A DNA stretch of 63,687 bases, the filler included, from Octopus bimaculoides (lineage: Eukaryota), in the NCBI RefSeq assembly GCF_001194135.2. It is 6 parts of 5 records of this genome, joined end to end, with 100 filler letters (N's around TTAATTAATTAA, not from the genome) between each part and the next. Parts side by side here need not be neighbours in the genome. Positions count along the whole stretch, not along the records: positions 1 to 23,988 come from NC_068984.1; positions 24,089 to 47,617 come from NC_069004.1; 4 more parts are not named here. One strand, 5' to 3'. The notes under the pieces were generated by a model. It was not told the origin of the DNA. It saw only the letters and a program-made list of their open reading frames with translations, and searched no databases. Both the position numbers and the translations under genes were made by a program. Shown here piece after piece: positions 12,585-25,892 of this stretch (positions within the stretch are counted from its first letter, which is position 1; the number at the start of each line of letters is the position of its first letter).

Positions 12585-14305
12585 NNNNNNNNNNNNNNNN
12601 NNNNNNNNNNNNNNNNNNNNNNNNNNNNNNNNNNNNNNNNNNNNNNNNNNNNNNNNNNNNNNNNNNNNNNNNNNNNNNNNNNNNNNNNNNNNNNNNNNNN
12701 NNNNNNNNNNNNNNNNNNNNNNNNNNNNNNNNNNNNNNNNNNNNNNNNNNNNNNNNNNNNNNNNNNNNNNNNNNNNNNNNNNNNNNNNNNNNNNNNNNNN
12801 NNNNNNNNNNNNNNNNNNNNNNNNNNNNNNNNNNNNNNNNNNNNNNNNNNNNNNNNNNNNNNNNNNNNNNNNNNNNNNNNNNNNNNNNNNNNNNNNNNNN
12901 NNNNNNNNNNNNNNNNNNNNNNNNNNNNNNNNNNNNNNNNNNNNNNNNNNNNNNNNNNNNNNNNNNNNNNNNNNNNNNNNNNNNNNNNNNNNNNNNNNNN
13001 NNNNNNNNNNNNNNNNNNNNNNNNNNNNNNNNNNNNNNNNNNNNNNNNNNNNNNNNNNNNNNNNNNNNNNNNNNNNNNNNNNNNNNNNNNNNNNNNNNNN
13101 NNNNNNNNNNNNNNNNNNNNNNNNNNNNNNTATGGAAGTCTGGTGCATATTATCGAAGATAACTTATTATTCTCTAGGAAATACATCGATTTCTTTTGTC
13201 TGTACACTAACCAATAATTTGTAGGAACAACTGTATAGTTAGTCGATCAACTTGTTCTAGTATATTATTAATATTCACAACAAAATTAATCGATTCCAGC
13301 AAGCTCAGATGGTAAGGTTGAACACGGGGTTATTTGAAATCAGTATGTATTAGGCCAATAATAATGCAGAAGACGCATTGTGTAGTGTAGTGGTGAAGAG
13401 GTTCACGTTATAATAACGTAGTTCGGAGCTCAACTTGACTGTGTAACACTTTGCTCAACTGCTTTCTTCCATAGGTTTAACGATCCAGTCAGATAGGGTG
13501 ATTTCCAAGATGATTTTCAGGTGTACTAGTTGTGCGCTGCACACGTATCGAAAATATCAAATTCATTATAAATATTAACCGTACTCATTAATTTAACTAC
13601 AAATCTTAATGGAAAACTTTTGTTATAGCCCTGCTTGAAATTTGATGGCATTGGGTGTGGCAGCACACTGAATACAACAACCACCATACGCCCTGAATGA
13701 GAACTTTTCTCGCTTGAAAAAACAGTTAAGTATTTTTAATGTCGTCAAATCACACTCTTTTGTTTTAATCAAGGTGGTGCGTGTTGATATTGCCATCCTA
13801 GATATGACTTGAAATAAGACAAGATTGATAAGGATCGATAATCGTTAATTAAAGATACCTGATGGATCATTGAAGGCTGGGGGCTAAATGATAACAGTAA
13901 GAACAATAATAATCACAGATATAGGTTGGCCAAAGTCTTTATGAATAAAATAGACTAAATGGAAACTGAGGAGAGTAGAAACTTGTACAAGAGATTCTTC
14001 ATGCTAAACGAACCATTCTTGATTGGTAATTTGATACAACTCTATGTTGAACTCATTCATCTGTGTCTTGCTTATATTAGTTATCATCACTTTCATCCTC
14101 GATGTTTGACAACATAAGAAACATTTGAAGGAAAGAAAATGAATTAGGACATACGAAATTATTTAAATCAATGGAAAGGTCACAGAATTTGACGAAAATA
14201 TTTTTAACAAACTAAGCTTAAAACTAAATCATTACTCAAAGAAAAGTATAATCCAATAACTTGTACCATGCTTTTGCTAATTGTCTTTGATGCCTATGTA
14301 ACCTA

Positions 14306-14540
14306 GTGGATGCGCGTGGTTTAGTGGTTAGGTTGTTGGACTTATGATCGCAAGATAGTGGTTTCGATTCCTGGACCAGGCGATGCGTTGTTCTTCCGCA
14401 AAGCACTCCATTTCGCCTTAATCCAGTTCATTCAGCTGGCAAAAATGAGTAATCCTGCGACAGACCGGGAGTAATCCTGCCATCCGAAACGGGGAAACCG
14501 GCCCTTACGAATCAGCATGACACGAGAAGGAAACCTTACT
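14306..14540 (+). mobile_element. tRNA-derived SINE
   Basis: gtggtttagtggttagg..gtggtttcgattcctggaccagg head with A/B boxes, related to 1-102, followed by a SINE body. Confidence 0.75.
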
Positions 14541-14975
14541 TTTACTTACCTTTAATTATGTAACCTTGAGCAGACACAGACACCCTCAAGGCCTTCCCAT
14601 CCTTGATCTAGGTGAATATTGAGGATGAGACAGCTAGATGGAAAGAGGACTTACTACTCTGGTGTCCATTTCAGCTGAGTAAGCTGATATAACTTAAAAG
14701 AAAGTGCCTTGCTGAAGGCCACAACTCAACGCCTGATCCAAGAATCGACAGACGACCTTATAGAGCGCGATCTAAAACAGTTTCACACCAAAATTCTTGT
14801 AAAATTAAATTACAAACGAATTAATTTCACATTTTGGAAAATCAGTTTACCCGCTTTTTCCCCCTCTTTGTATCAGAATCCTACCAGCAGCCATTTTTAG
14901 GGCATCCTTTCTCTCACTCTCTTGTGTGTCCAAGATCTGGGCCTGATGGATCATCTGTTTTCTTGAAGGAAAACA

Positions 14976-15035
<60 letters not shown>

Positions 15036-15521
15036 TCTCTCTCTCTCTCTCGCTCAGGTTTTGTTGCTTTTGAATTAATTGTCATCGGAGTTTCTTTAAC
15101 TTTGCTTTTGATCTATAACTGGAAAGAGATGGTCCATATTAGTCTGGCCACTATCTTTTGACCTGTACAGCATAGGGGGGTAGGAGCTTACAAGGAACTT
15201 GAGCTCCGCTGGCATAAGTCTCAGTGTTATTGGGGTACATAAGGACTGAACCTTCACTGTTCATGAAGCTATATGATAAAACGCGCTCCAGCCATGATCA
15301 TCGTGTCCTTCTGGAATTGCGTTGCATCTTTAAATTATAGTATTTCATGTTTCACTCGCATTTTCAAGTAGAGATTTGGCTGCTACTTCTAGCTTGTCAC
15401 TTAACCACACAGAAGTATCTTGGGAATGAAATTTTGTGATTTTTATGATAATGTAAGGTCCTTCTTCTGGTTCTCCCTCCCCCCTCTTCTGCATTCTCCT
15501 CTGTCATTTTCTTTCTTTCAT

Positions 15522-15524
<3 letters not shown>

Positions 15525-15561
<37 letters not shown>

Positions 15562-15597
15562 CACCACCACCACCACCACTACCACTACTACTACTAT

Positions 15598-15650
<53 letters not shown>
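15525..15650. repeat. (CTA)n-(CCA)n-(CTA)n trinucleotide microsatellite
   Basis: Directly visible; source of spurious poly-L/P, poly-S/G and poly-V ORFs. Confidence 0.95.
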
Positions 15651-15651
<1 letters not shown>

Positions 15652-16023
15652 GCTTTATTTTCCTCTTCCTCCTCTTTCTTTTTTTTAATAACAACTTCAA
15701 CACGGGTCTCATGATAGTACCCATTATCATGATTGTTTCTGCTGTGTTGCCATCGATGTTACACGGCCTCAAGTCAAGATCTAATCAAGCAATGAAGCAA
15801 AGTCCGACGAACAAAATTTATTTATTTTTTATCAATCGCCACCATCTTGTCATTGGTATTTTCTTGAGACACGTGATATCTAGAATCATAATAACCAGAG
15901 TCCTCTTAAATTTTAAGACAATGTAGCGTGACTTTCTGGAATTATCGATGCCGTTTCTAAAAGTTCCAGCGACCACATTGGATCATTGTTGTTGTTGTTC
16001 TGGTGGTGGTGGTAGTGGTGGTG

Positions 16024-17176
16024 GTTAAGGCGGCTATCTGGCAGAGTCTTTAGCAGCATTTTGTCCATCTTCAAGTTCTGAGTTCAAATTCCGTCGAGGT
16101 AGACTTTGCCTTTTCATCCTTTCCGGGTCGATAAAATAAATACCAGCTGAACACTGGGGTCGATGGAATCGATTCGTCTCCTCTCCTAAAATTCCAAACT
16201 TTATACCTATTGTAGAAAGAATTGTTTTGTTGTGGTTGCTGTTGTTGTTGTTGCTGTTGTTGTTGTTGTTGTTGTTAAGGCGGCGAAAAAAGTGCTTAGC
16301 GGCATTTCAACCGTCTTTATGTTCTGAGTTCAAATCTGCCGAGGTCGACTTTGCCTTTCATCCTTTCCCGGGTCAATAAAATAGGTACCAGTCGAACACT
16401 GGGGTCGATGGAATCGATTCGCCCACACCTCTGAAATGTCAGGCCTTATACCAATAGTAGAAAGAATTGTTGTTGCTGTTGTTGTTAAGGCGGCGAGCTG
16501 GCAGGATGGTTAGCGTACCGGAAAAAAGTGCTTAGCGGAAGTACGTCCGTCTTTATGTTCTGAGTTCAAATTCCGCCGAGGTCGACTTTATCTTCCATCT
16601 TTTCCAGGTCGATAAAATAAGTACCAGTTAAGCACTGAGGTCGATGTAATCGATTCGCCCACTCCCCTAAAATTGCAGGCCTTATACCTATAGTAGAAAG
16701 ATTTTTTTTTTTGTTAATGCGGTGAGCTGGCAGAATCGTTAGCGTACCGGGAAAAATGCTTAGCTACATTTCGTTCGCCTTTTCGTTCTGGGTTTAAAAT
16801 CCATCGAGGTCGACTTTGCCTTCCATTCTTTTGGGGTTGATAAAATATGCACCAGTTGAACATTGATCCCGATGGAGTCAACTAGCCCACACTCCTTAAA
16901 TTCCAGGACTTATGCCTATAGTAGAAAAAACTTATTGTTATCGTCTGTGTTGTTATTAAGAAGGTGAGCTGACAGAATAGTTAGTGTACCGGACAAAAGT
17001 ATTTGGCAGCATTTGTTTCGGTTCTTTACGTTCTGAGTTCAAATCACTTCGAGGTTGACTTTACTTTTCATCTTCGTGTGGTCGATAAAATAAAGAACGA
17101 GTAATGTACTGGAGTCGAAGTAATCGACTAACGCGCTTCCTACAATTACAGGCCTGTCTGCCCATGTCAGAAACAT
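16024..17176 (+). mobile_element. Head-to-tail tandem array of five ~210-250-bp SINE copies
   Basis: Units start at ~16024, 16274, 16484, 16713, 16955 (gttaaggcggcgagctggcagaa..ttctgagttcaaattccgccgaggtcgactttgcc..gtcgataaaataagtaccag..gtagaaag), separated by (GTT)n or T-rich tails. Confidence 0.85.
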
Positions 17177-18633
17177 TTATTGATGTACGTGGTGGTGTCC
17201 GTAGTAGTGGTGATTGGTGTGATGGCGATGGTAGTGGCAGCGCCGGTGGTGGTTCTGGTGATGGTGAAGGTGGTGGAAATGGTGGTGTTGAGCAGTGTGT
17301 ACTAATTTACATACTGGATTTTCATCAGCGTCAAAAAGTATCCAGATCATATGCAGAACAAAGCAAATGGTATAATTTACCAAATGTAATAATTTGTTTC
17401 AATTCTGTTGTATCACTTTTTTTACACTAAAACCCCCATTTTTATCAGATGTCCAAGAGAACTGAGAGAAGATCGATAGAGGTGGACGCACAGCAAAGTC
17501 CGTATAGAAATTGCCAAGTGGACGTACATTCAGAAAGTTACGGGTGGTGAGCAGCAATCATAGCACCTAAAAGAATCAGATTTCTAGTTTGATGATACAT
17601 CTGTTGGAAACCAGCTTTTTATTTTGCCTAAAGGTTGTAACTGGGAGATGCAAGTGGATCTGAAGGTTTCACTCATCTTTCTGGAAGATGCGGCTTTATC
17701 ATCTCGTCAGTTATTAAAACAAACAAAAATGATATGAAAATGAGCGTTAAATAAAGGGAAATTACCCGAATAGGGAGAAAGTAAAATTTCTCAAAGAAGG
17801 TAAAATGACGCTCATAGAATTCGTGTATGTGCGCATGTACGTACATACCCATGCGCGCACGCACGCCCACGTGCATGTGCATATATGCATATACTCATTC
17901 ACACTTGCGTGAAGCATATACATGCCCCCCCCCACACACACACACATATATAAATATGTATGCATCCATACATATGTAAACATACACATATACATACCTG
18001 GAACATATTCAACTATATTATAATTATAAAGAATGGTTTTCTAAATTCGTATATGAATATAAACTCAGTAAGTTAAATCTGCTGTGCGGTGCAGAACAAA
18101 TGTTGTGATCTACTATGAAAGCCTGATATCCTCCATCTTTGTATTATATTATTCTTGTTTTATTCTGATGCACAGAGGAGTTCCGTTCCGCATGTGTGTC
18201 CAGTCCTGGAATATGCCCTGATGTAGGATAACATGTGGTAGCTAAATAGCAACATAAGAGCTCTTAATCCGACTTTAAGAGGTTTTTACCCGAATTACAC
18301 TAAATAATACATACATACATATATGTGTGTGTATGCCTTATATACATATATATATATAATATATATATACATACATATATATGTGCCTTATACATATATA
18401 TGTATGTATATACATACATCTATGCTTTTATATTTATATATATGCGCCTTATACATGCATATCTATATACATATATATGTATATACGTATGTATAACTAT
18501 ATATATATATATATATATATANNNNNNNNNNNNNNNNNNNNNNNNNNNNNNNNNNNNNNNNNNNNNNNNNNNNNNNNNNNNNNNNNNNNNNNNNNNNNNN
18601 NNNNNNNNNNNNNNNNNNNNNNNNNNNNNNNNN

Positions 18634-18669
<36 letters not shown>

Positions 18670-18771
18670 TACTAATAATAATATGACAACAAAAGAATGA
18701 ATGAGACCTCGATATTATGTAAATATAGGAATTTATCTATAATATGATATGTGACAATAAGATGATTGCCA

Positions 18772-18834
18772 TAATAAAACTCTGAGTTTCGGATGTCAGG
18801 GCGGAAGTCTGCTCCGGCATCTCATCAGTTATTA
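18772..18834 (-). ncRNA. Minimal type I hammerhead ribozyme motif (putative)
   Basis: Minus strand: TAATAA-CTGATGA-GATG..CATC-C-GAAA-CTC-A-GAG-TT|TTATTA; perfect 6-bp stem I, intact core, 4-bp stem III with 1-nt loop, GUU triplet. Confidence 0.55.
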
Positions 18835-19155
18835 AGACAAACAAAAATGCTATGAAAATGACCGTTAAATAAAGGGAAATTACTATAAAGATGACTGTTA
18901 TTAAGACAAACAATAGAGCTATGAGAATGGCCGTTAAATAAAGGGAAATTATCCGAATAGAGAGAAAGTAAAATTATTCCAAGAAGGTAAAACCACGCTC
19001 ACAGAATCCGCGTATGCGCGCATGTACATGCATACTCATGCACGCACGTACACCCACGTGCATGTACCTATATGCATATACTCACTCATTCACGCGTGAA
19101 GCACATACATGCACACCCAACCACCACCCACCCAACCACACACACACACACACAT

Positions 19156-19188
<33 letters not shown>

Positions 19189-19559
19189 CGACAGGTTTCT
19201 ACCAGTTTTTGTCTNNNNNNNNNNNNNNNNNNNNNNNNNNNNNNNNNNNNNNNNNNNNNNNNNNNNNNNNNNNNNNNNNNNNNNNNNNNNNNNNNNNNNN
19301 NNNNNNNNNNNNNNNNNNNNNNNNNNNNNNNNNNNNNNNNNNNNNNNNNNNNNNNNNNNNNNNNNNNNNNNNNNNNNNNNNNNNNNNNNNNNNNNNNNNN
19401 NNNNNNNNNNNNNNNNNNNNNNNNNNNNNNNNNNNNNNNNNNNNNNNNNNNNNNNNNNNNNNNNNNNNNNNNNNNNNNNNNNNNNNNNNNNNNNNNNNNN
19501 NNNNNNNNNNNNNNNNNNNNNNCATGCACAAATATGCAGGGTGAAAGTTAATGTACAGA

Positions 19560-20790
19560 AAAAATATATAAATATATAAAGCAATAAAACATATAAAATA
19601 TATATATAAAATTATGTAAAAATGTAAAATATATATGTAAGAAATGAAATGCTTGTACGTGGACACAATATAAAAAACAGGTTCTATCTATGGTCTTGGG
19701 GTGGGGGAGCAAAAATGTAACAACTATTTAGCCATATGTGGACATGATCCAAAAAGTTCAGTTCTTGAACTTAGACTTGTAGCGGGGTCTAAGGAGCTTT
19801 TCCAGATAAAAGCCATCTTTCCATATTAAAAGACCGCACTTTCCACTGCCGTTGGTGTAAGGCTTACACTTGGCTAAGATCTTCCAATGAATGTTATAGT
19901 TGAAGCTTTTTTCTTTTAAGGACCATATATAACTGGATAATTTGGTTGTTTTTCTTTTATCCCAGTGTCTGAAGCTCAAGGTGTGATTGTTGAACCTGGC
20001 TTTGAAATTCCCCTCTGTGAAACCCACATATTTCTTTGACGAAATTATGTCCTTAGTGGTGGTAGAGTCTACGATGGCTTCATAAATGATGGTTTCGAAC
20101 GTGCAAGCTCCATTTAACGGGCACAAATTTTTATCCCTGCATGAACAGCTGGTTTCATTTTGTTGTTTTTGTGTGTTGTGTGCAATTATATTTTTTTAAA
20201 TTAGTAGTTGAGCTAAAACTAATTTTTAGGTTATGCCTATTGAAGAGTTTTCTATAATTTTGATTGATTGGAAAATGCCTATCTATAAGTGATAAGAAAC
20301 ATTTACCTATATTAAAGGTCACATCTGGGAGAAAGAGTGTGTGAACCAGATAGTTTTCCTATTCCTATTTTTCCCTTTCTTTATTACCGGACTGGTAACA
20401 GGTGTATAGGTTATTTCCTCGCTAAATCCACTATCTTTAAAAGCTTTATTATATATTTGGGCAACACCATTAAAAATGTTTCTTTCGGAAGAGAGGCTAG
20501 AAATTCTATTGCTAATGTTTTTAACAAAATTCTTAAAAGCCAGTGGGAGAATGGCAGGAACCTACATTAATATAACTAAGTGGATCATGTCCACATGTGG
20601 CTAAATATTTGTTACGTTTTTGGTCCCCACCAAGACCACAGATAGAACCTGCTTTTTATATTGTGTCCACGTACAATCCTTTCATTTCTTACATACATAT
20701 TTTTATATCTTTACATACATATTTTTATATCTTTACATATTTTTATATCTTTACATATTTTTATATATATTTTTTAAATATATTTTATTG
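19560..20790 (-). mobile_element. 5'-truncated Penelope-like element with inverted copy of its 3' end (inverted pLTR)
   Basis: ORF 19758-20126 CPLNGACTFETIIYEA..KYVGFTEGNFKARFNNH..LSSYIWSLK; upstream KNISNRISSLSS..YYNKAFKDSGF; 19560-19751 reappears reverse-complemented at 20581-20790. Confidence 0.9.
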
Positions 20791-21293
20791 ATTTATATAT
20801 TTATATATTGGTGTGGGCGATTCATTTGATGGATAAATAATCATAAAAGACGATCATCTGAAATGGTGTCTGAATATAAATTTAGTAACTTAAGGCTGAT
20901 GTGTAGTGCAGAAAAAACGTTGTGATCCATTAAAGCTCGATATCCTCCATCCTCGTGTTATATTATTCTTATATATATATATATATATATNNNNNNNNNN
21001 NNNNNNNNNNNNNNNNNNNNNNNNNNNNNNNNNNNNNNNNNNNNNNNNNNNNNNNNNNNNNNNNNNNNNNNNNNNNNNNNNNNNNNNNNNNNNNNNNNNN
21101 NNNNNNNNNNNNNNNNNNNNNNNNNNNNNNNNNNNNNNNNNNNNNNNNNNNNNNNNNNNNNNNNNNNNNNNNNNNNNNNNNNNNNNNNNNNNNNNNNNNN
21201 NNNNNNNNNNNNNNNNNNNNNNNNNNNNNNNNNNNNNNNNNNNNNNNNNNNNNNNNNNNNNNNNNNNNNNNNNNNNNNNNNNNNNNNNNNNNN

Positions 21294-21366
<73 letters not shown>

Positions 21367-21919
21367 GTGTGTGTATGTATGTATGTATGTATGTATGTAT
21401 GTATGTATACACGTTTATGAGTATGTTTACACCAATATAAATTACTAAATGACACAGTGTGACAGCATGTAATTCGATTTAAGTTTCAAGTTTTAATTTC
21501 CTCGGGAATATCAGGTGTTATTTCTGCGGTGATTAAAATATTGAAACCTGAAAAAATATAATAAATGAAATATTGGGACTTAGTGAAGTTAAAAACTTTT
21601 GTTTAATTACACACCTTCTTCATTATCAAGTTCATTTAGTGAAAATTATCTAAAAGTAGCAATTATCTACCAATAGTGTTTTCTTTAAAAAAAAAACGTT
21701 TTAGAAGTACGTGTAGCTGTGTGAGTGACAAGCTTGTTTCTCAACTAGGGTGGTCTTGGATTCAGTCCTACTACCTGGTACCTTAGTCAGGTTCCACTGT
21801 GTGGGGCATTGGACAAGTGTATTTTACTAAATATTCGCGCCTGTTATCAAAATGCTCGCAGCATGACTGCTATTTAATGCTCTGTTAGCACTATAAGGGC
21901 CGTAAGACATGACATGGGA

Positions 21920-22431
21920 ATTTTAAGAAACAAGTTCCCCTAAACAGTGATGGTCTCTCCAATGAGGGTAACGTCATACTTCCTCACACCTTTGAACAGA
22001 TCCTTAGGCTCAATTCACATGGCTATGTGAAGCTGCTCGATACTGCTGTCAAACCTTGAGTGGAGAAGGAGGCTCCGGAAAGAATCAAAAATGGTTTTCT
22101 ACGACTTCACCAATCCTAATTTCTGGCCTATTAATTTCCCCAATACTATGTGTGTGGAACGGTTGAGAGAGAACACCAAGCGCACTACCAGCAACAACAA
22201 AACCAAGCTGGTGGCCAAAATCAAGGTGTTCGAAGATCTGTCCAGAGACATATGAACCGTCTTGAATCCGTGGTTGAAACTGCTGGAGGTTTCTTAGAGT
22301 AAACCGTTATTTCACAACCATAATCTTGTTGAGATTTTTTGACTTGTTTTTAAATTATTTTATTTTGGATGTGATATTGTATTTCATTTTCCTTTTATGC
22401 CAACTCTAAAATTTAACATGAACCCCTTGTA
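21920..22431 (+). mobile_element. Tc1/mariner-superfamily transposase 3' fragment
   Basis: Degenerate SNEGNVILPHTF..YVKLLDTAVKP..FWP..VCGTVER..TKLVAKIK..RLESVVETAGGFLE*; ACCC..TGTA-type end near 22421-22431. Confidence 0.7.
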
Positions 22432-22440
22432 ATCTTTTAT

Positions 22441-22610
22441 TCTTTTACTCTTTTCAATTATTTGACTACAGACATGTTGGAGCACCGCCTTGAAGGGTTT
22501 TAGTCGAACAAATCAACTCCAGGACTGCCTTCTTAAGCCTAGTACTTATTCTATTGACCTCTATTGCCGGATCGCTAAGTTACGGGAACGTAAACACACC
22601 AACAACGGTG
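22441..22610 (-). mobile_element. SINE tail (inverted)
   Basis: ggagcaccgccttgaagggttttagtcgaac..aagcctagtacttattctat..gctaagttacggg, reverse complement of the 49625-49842 tail. Confidence 0.8.
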
Positions 22611-23122
22611 ATGAAGGGTGGGGTGTGAGGATGTGGGGTGTGAGGATGTGGGGTGGGGGTAAGGATGTGAGTTTAGAATGGGGATATATGGACTGAAAAT
22701 AAGTGCAAGAGGATATGTGTATACGTTTGCATGTGCGTGTGTTTGTGTATAGATAGATCTAGATGGATGAATCATATATATATTTAGAGATAGATTATAT
22801 ATTTATTTACACACACACACACTCTCTCCCTCTCGCCCTCTCTCCCTCTTTCACTCCCCCCCCACACATACATGCACATTTACATATGCATTTATTTTGT
22901 CTACTGAGAAAGTCATTTGTAAATGATAGTAAGCGCCCGATGGTGTTATTGTTAATACGGTGCTCAGTTAGCAATTTAAACATTGTCAAGAACATCGGTG
23001 ATATCTTATCTCTGCCTGTTTCTTCTTAAAATGAGAAACGTAGTTATTGCCACTGAAAAATATGTTTGTATGAATGTATATACATGCATACGCACACATA
23101 CACACATATGTACATACATACG

Positions 23123-23169
<47 letters not shown>

Positions 23170-23946
23170 TTCTAAAATATATATGAATGTATTTGTATGT
23201 ATATATATATTTGTGTGTTCTTGTGTCTGTGTCCTGTGTCTGTGCCTGTGTGTTTGTGCGTCTGTGTCGCTGCCTGTGTATGTATAACCAATGATTAAAA
23301 AAAAAACCCAGAAAAGTAAGGAAATTGCCAGTGAGAAACAAAACTCAATTTTAAACGAATGAATCAGACTGCTAAGAACTTAAGAGGAAGATATATTTTA
23401 ATCTCAAACTTTAAACGTTTCCATTCCATTTATAGTTGTTGTTATAATTTTTCATAACTATTCTACTAGAAAACTATATAAACGCTCATTAAAAGCATCC
23501 TATATATCGCTGGTGGTCACATTTTTATTTTTCTCAATACATCAAGTGTTCAACCACACGAAAAGAATAATGGAAAATATTTCGAAATCTCTTTAAATCT
23601 AGTGTAATTTGTAAAAATTTGAATTTCATTCAAACCCCAGAGAGATACACAGATGGGGAATATAAATTTTGAAATTGTCATCATATGTATAAAGTAAGGA
23701 AAAATCCATAACTAGTAATAATAACATTAGCTATAAAGTTAAATCTATTGAAAATAGACTGAGAGGCGGGGTTGAGTGAGAGTTATATTTATTAAAACTT
23801 GGAAACGTGTCGGGAAAACGAATGTGGAAATATAGAAAGAGGGAAGGAAAGAGAGGTGAGGAAAATATTGTAGCGGTTATCAGTCTATCAACCTTCCTAT
23901 ACATCTTTCTCTCTCTCTCCTTCTCTCTCTCCTTCTCTCTCCCCAC

Positions 23947-23988
<42 letters not shown>

Positions 23989-24088
23989 NNNNNNNNNNNN
24001 NNNNNNNNNNNNNNNNNNNNNNNNNNNNNNNNTTAATTAATTAANNNNNNNNNNNNNNNNNNNNNNNNNNNNNNNNNNNNNNNNNNNN

Positions 24089-24121
<33 letters not shown>

Positions 24122-24399
24122 AAGAAATCATTTGTGTTCAGACATGGAGAAGGATGGGTCCTACTAGATATACATACAGACAGACAGACAGAAAGATGTG
24201 TATGCATACATACAAATAGATGCATATGCAGGCATACATGCATACATACAGACAGATGAATATGCAGACATACATACATGCAGGAATGCATGTATACATA
24301 CAGACAGACAGACATGTATGCATGCATGCAGGCAGGCATGCATACATACATACATACATACATACATACATACATACATACATACATACATACATCATG

Positions 24400-25770
24400 G
24401 CCAAAATACAATGTGGGTAGATAAGCTATGGAGTGCGTACTGTACAAACATCTCCCTGCAAAAGCTTGATAATATAAAAAGTGTAACTCTTCTGATAGTT
24501 GTGGCAAAACTACCAGAAATCATCACCCAATAGTTGCTTATTGGTAGAGATAGCTCACATTCTACAAGACAACCTTCATTAACCTGTTCAAAAGAACAAT
24601 GAACACTGGGATAGATCCACCTGATAGGTTGGTAGTTGTATGCACAACATTACTAACTAAAAACCAGGTGATACATGTAGCCAAAAATTATAGATCAATA
24701 GGATGCTTCAGTATGATGTGTAAGTACACCAGCTAGTATTTACATATGTACATACGTATGTATATACATGTGTTCATACATACATACTTACATACTTATA
24801 TGCATACATTAAAAGCAATCACACACACACAATCATGAACCAGAGTACAAGTATATCAGTACAAAATAAAAAAACTAGTGATATGCATGCACTAACTCAC
24901 ATATTCACAAGTCCATGGAACAGACTTAATCCAAGCAAATGTCTTGACACATTATTAGTGGCAACACTTGAATTTTACAAAAGAACTTAAATCACACATG
25001 CATACAGGTTGCTGGAATGCATTTCTACAGGAATGCATTCACACAGAGTGTGGTGCAAATACACAGAATGTGATGACTAATGGCAGACAGGAGGAAAGCA
25101 CCAAGGAAGGCTGTTTAAACAACCCAAGTGAAATAACCTTTTTAAACGGAGACTTGGGAGAGAAATTCTCATCATACCAGCAGAAAATCATGCATAAGTA
25201 CATATCTCACAAACCAGAAACTCAATGGCTTGTCGCTATCCCTGGCTCACCTGGACCTGCAACAAACACATCACATCTCATCTAGAAGGCTATATCTTTG
25301 CTATGCCTCTAAACCTCAACGCTGTCATAGAAAGTGTCAGTTGTGCTGTAACAGTGTAGAAGATATCACCCATTGTATCAGCAGTTCTCCGACCATGTTT
25401 GCAAAATACAACCTTCCTATGAGGCATGACATGATTGCTAAGACAGTCCACAGTGCTATACAATGTTATAAGCAGAAAGGATTGTCTTGGCTACCAAACA
25501 CCAATCTGTAAAGTATACTCACCTTTAAAAATAAAGAATACAAGAGGAACAACCCATTGAAAATGCAATGGGCAAGATATAGTCGTATGGGACAGAGGGC
25601 AAAAGTTGTGTGCCATTGTAGAGATCAGTTTCCCAACAGATATGAATTTCACTTTGAAACTTGAAAATGACAACAGCTATTGAGAATTAATGAGAAACAT
25701 ATAACTCTTACATCCAGGATATAGATTTTTATTTGTTCTTATAATCATAAGTGTACAGAGAGACCAATTT
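24400..25770 (+). mobile_element. Degenerate non-LTR retrotransposon with CCHC and restriction-like endonuclease (R4/NeSL/HERO-type), split by an insert at 24723-24995
   Basis: TTLLTKN..NYRSIGCFSMMCK (NYRPI-like) on the left; CQLCCNSVEDITHCISS..RHDMIAKTVH and AIVEISFP on the right. Confidence 0.65.
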
Positions 25771-25845
25771 GCATTCTCCAGAAACAGTAAATCAGAGGAA
25801 CAGGGAAAAGTTGTAAAACATCTCTGGGTGAACATATGCACACAA

Positions 25846-25892
<47 letters not shown>

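Noticed and set aside
16024-17176. Regularly spaced repeats suggesting a CRISPR-like array
   Set aside because: Units are ~230-bp SINEs that also occur dispersed (49001-49153); no unique spacers and no cas genes; eukaryotic context.
7284-18240. Scattered micro-exon candidates (plus 7284-7318; minus ~12062-11955; minus ~17430-17380; plus ~18175-18230)
   Set aside because: Canonical AG/GT sites exist, but they could not be chained in phase or matched to any family; expected by chance in AT-rich DNA.
19560-20790. Pack-type DNA transposon that captured a nuclease gene
   Set aside because: One 'TIR' is the element's own ORF end and 3' UTR, which matches the inverted pLTR of Penelope elements.
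23989-24088. TTAATTAATTAA flanked by 44 Ns on each side, recurring at 24033, 47662, 49329, 51390 and 61870
   Set aside because: Identical 100-bp cassette with stops in all six frames: an artificial contig-join spacer. Adjacency across these joins is uncertain.
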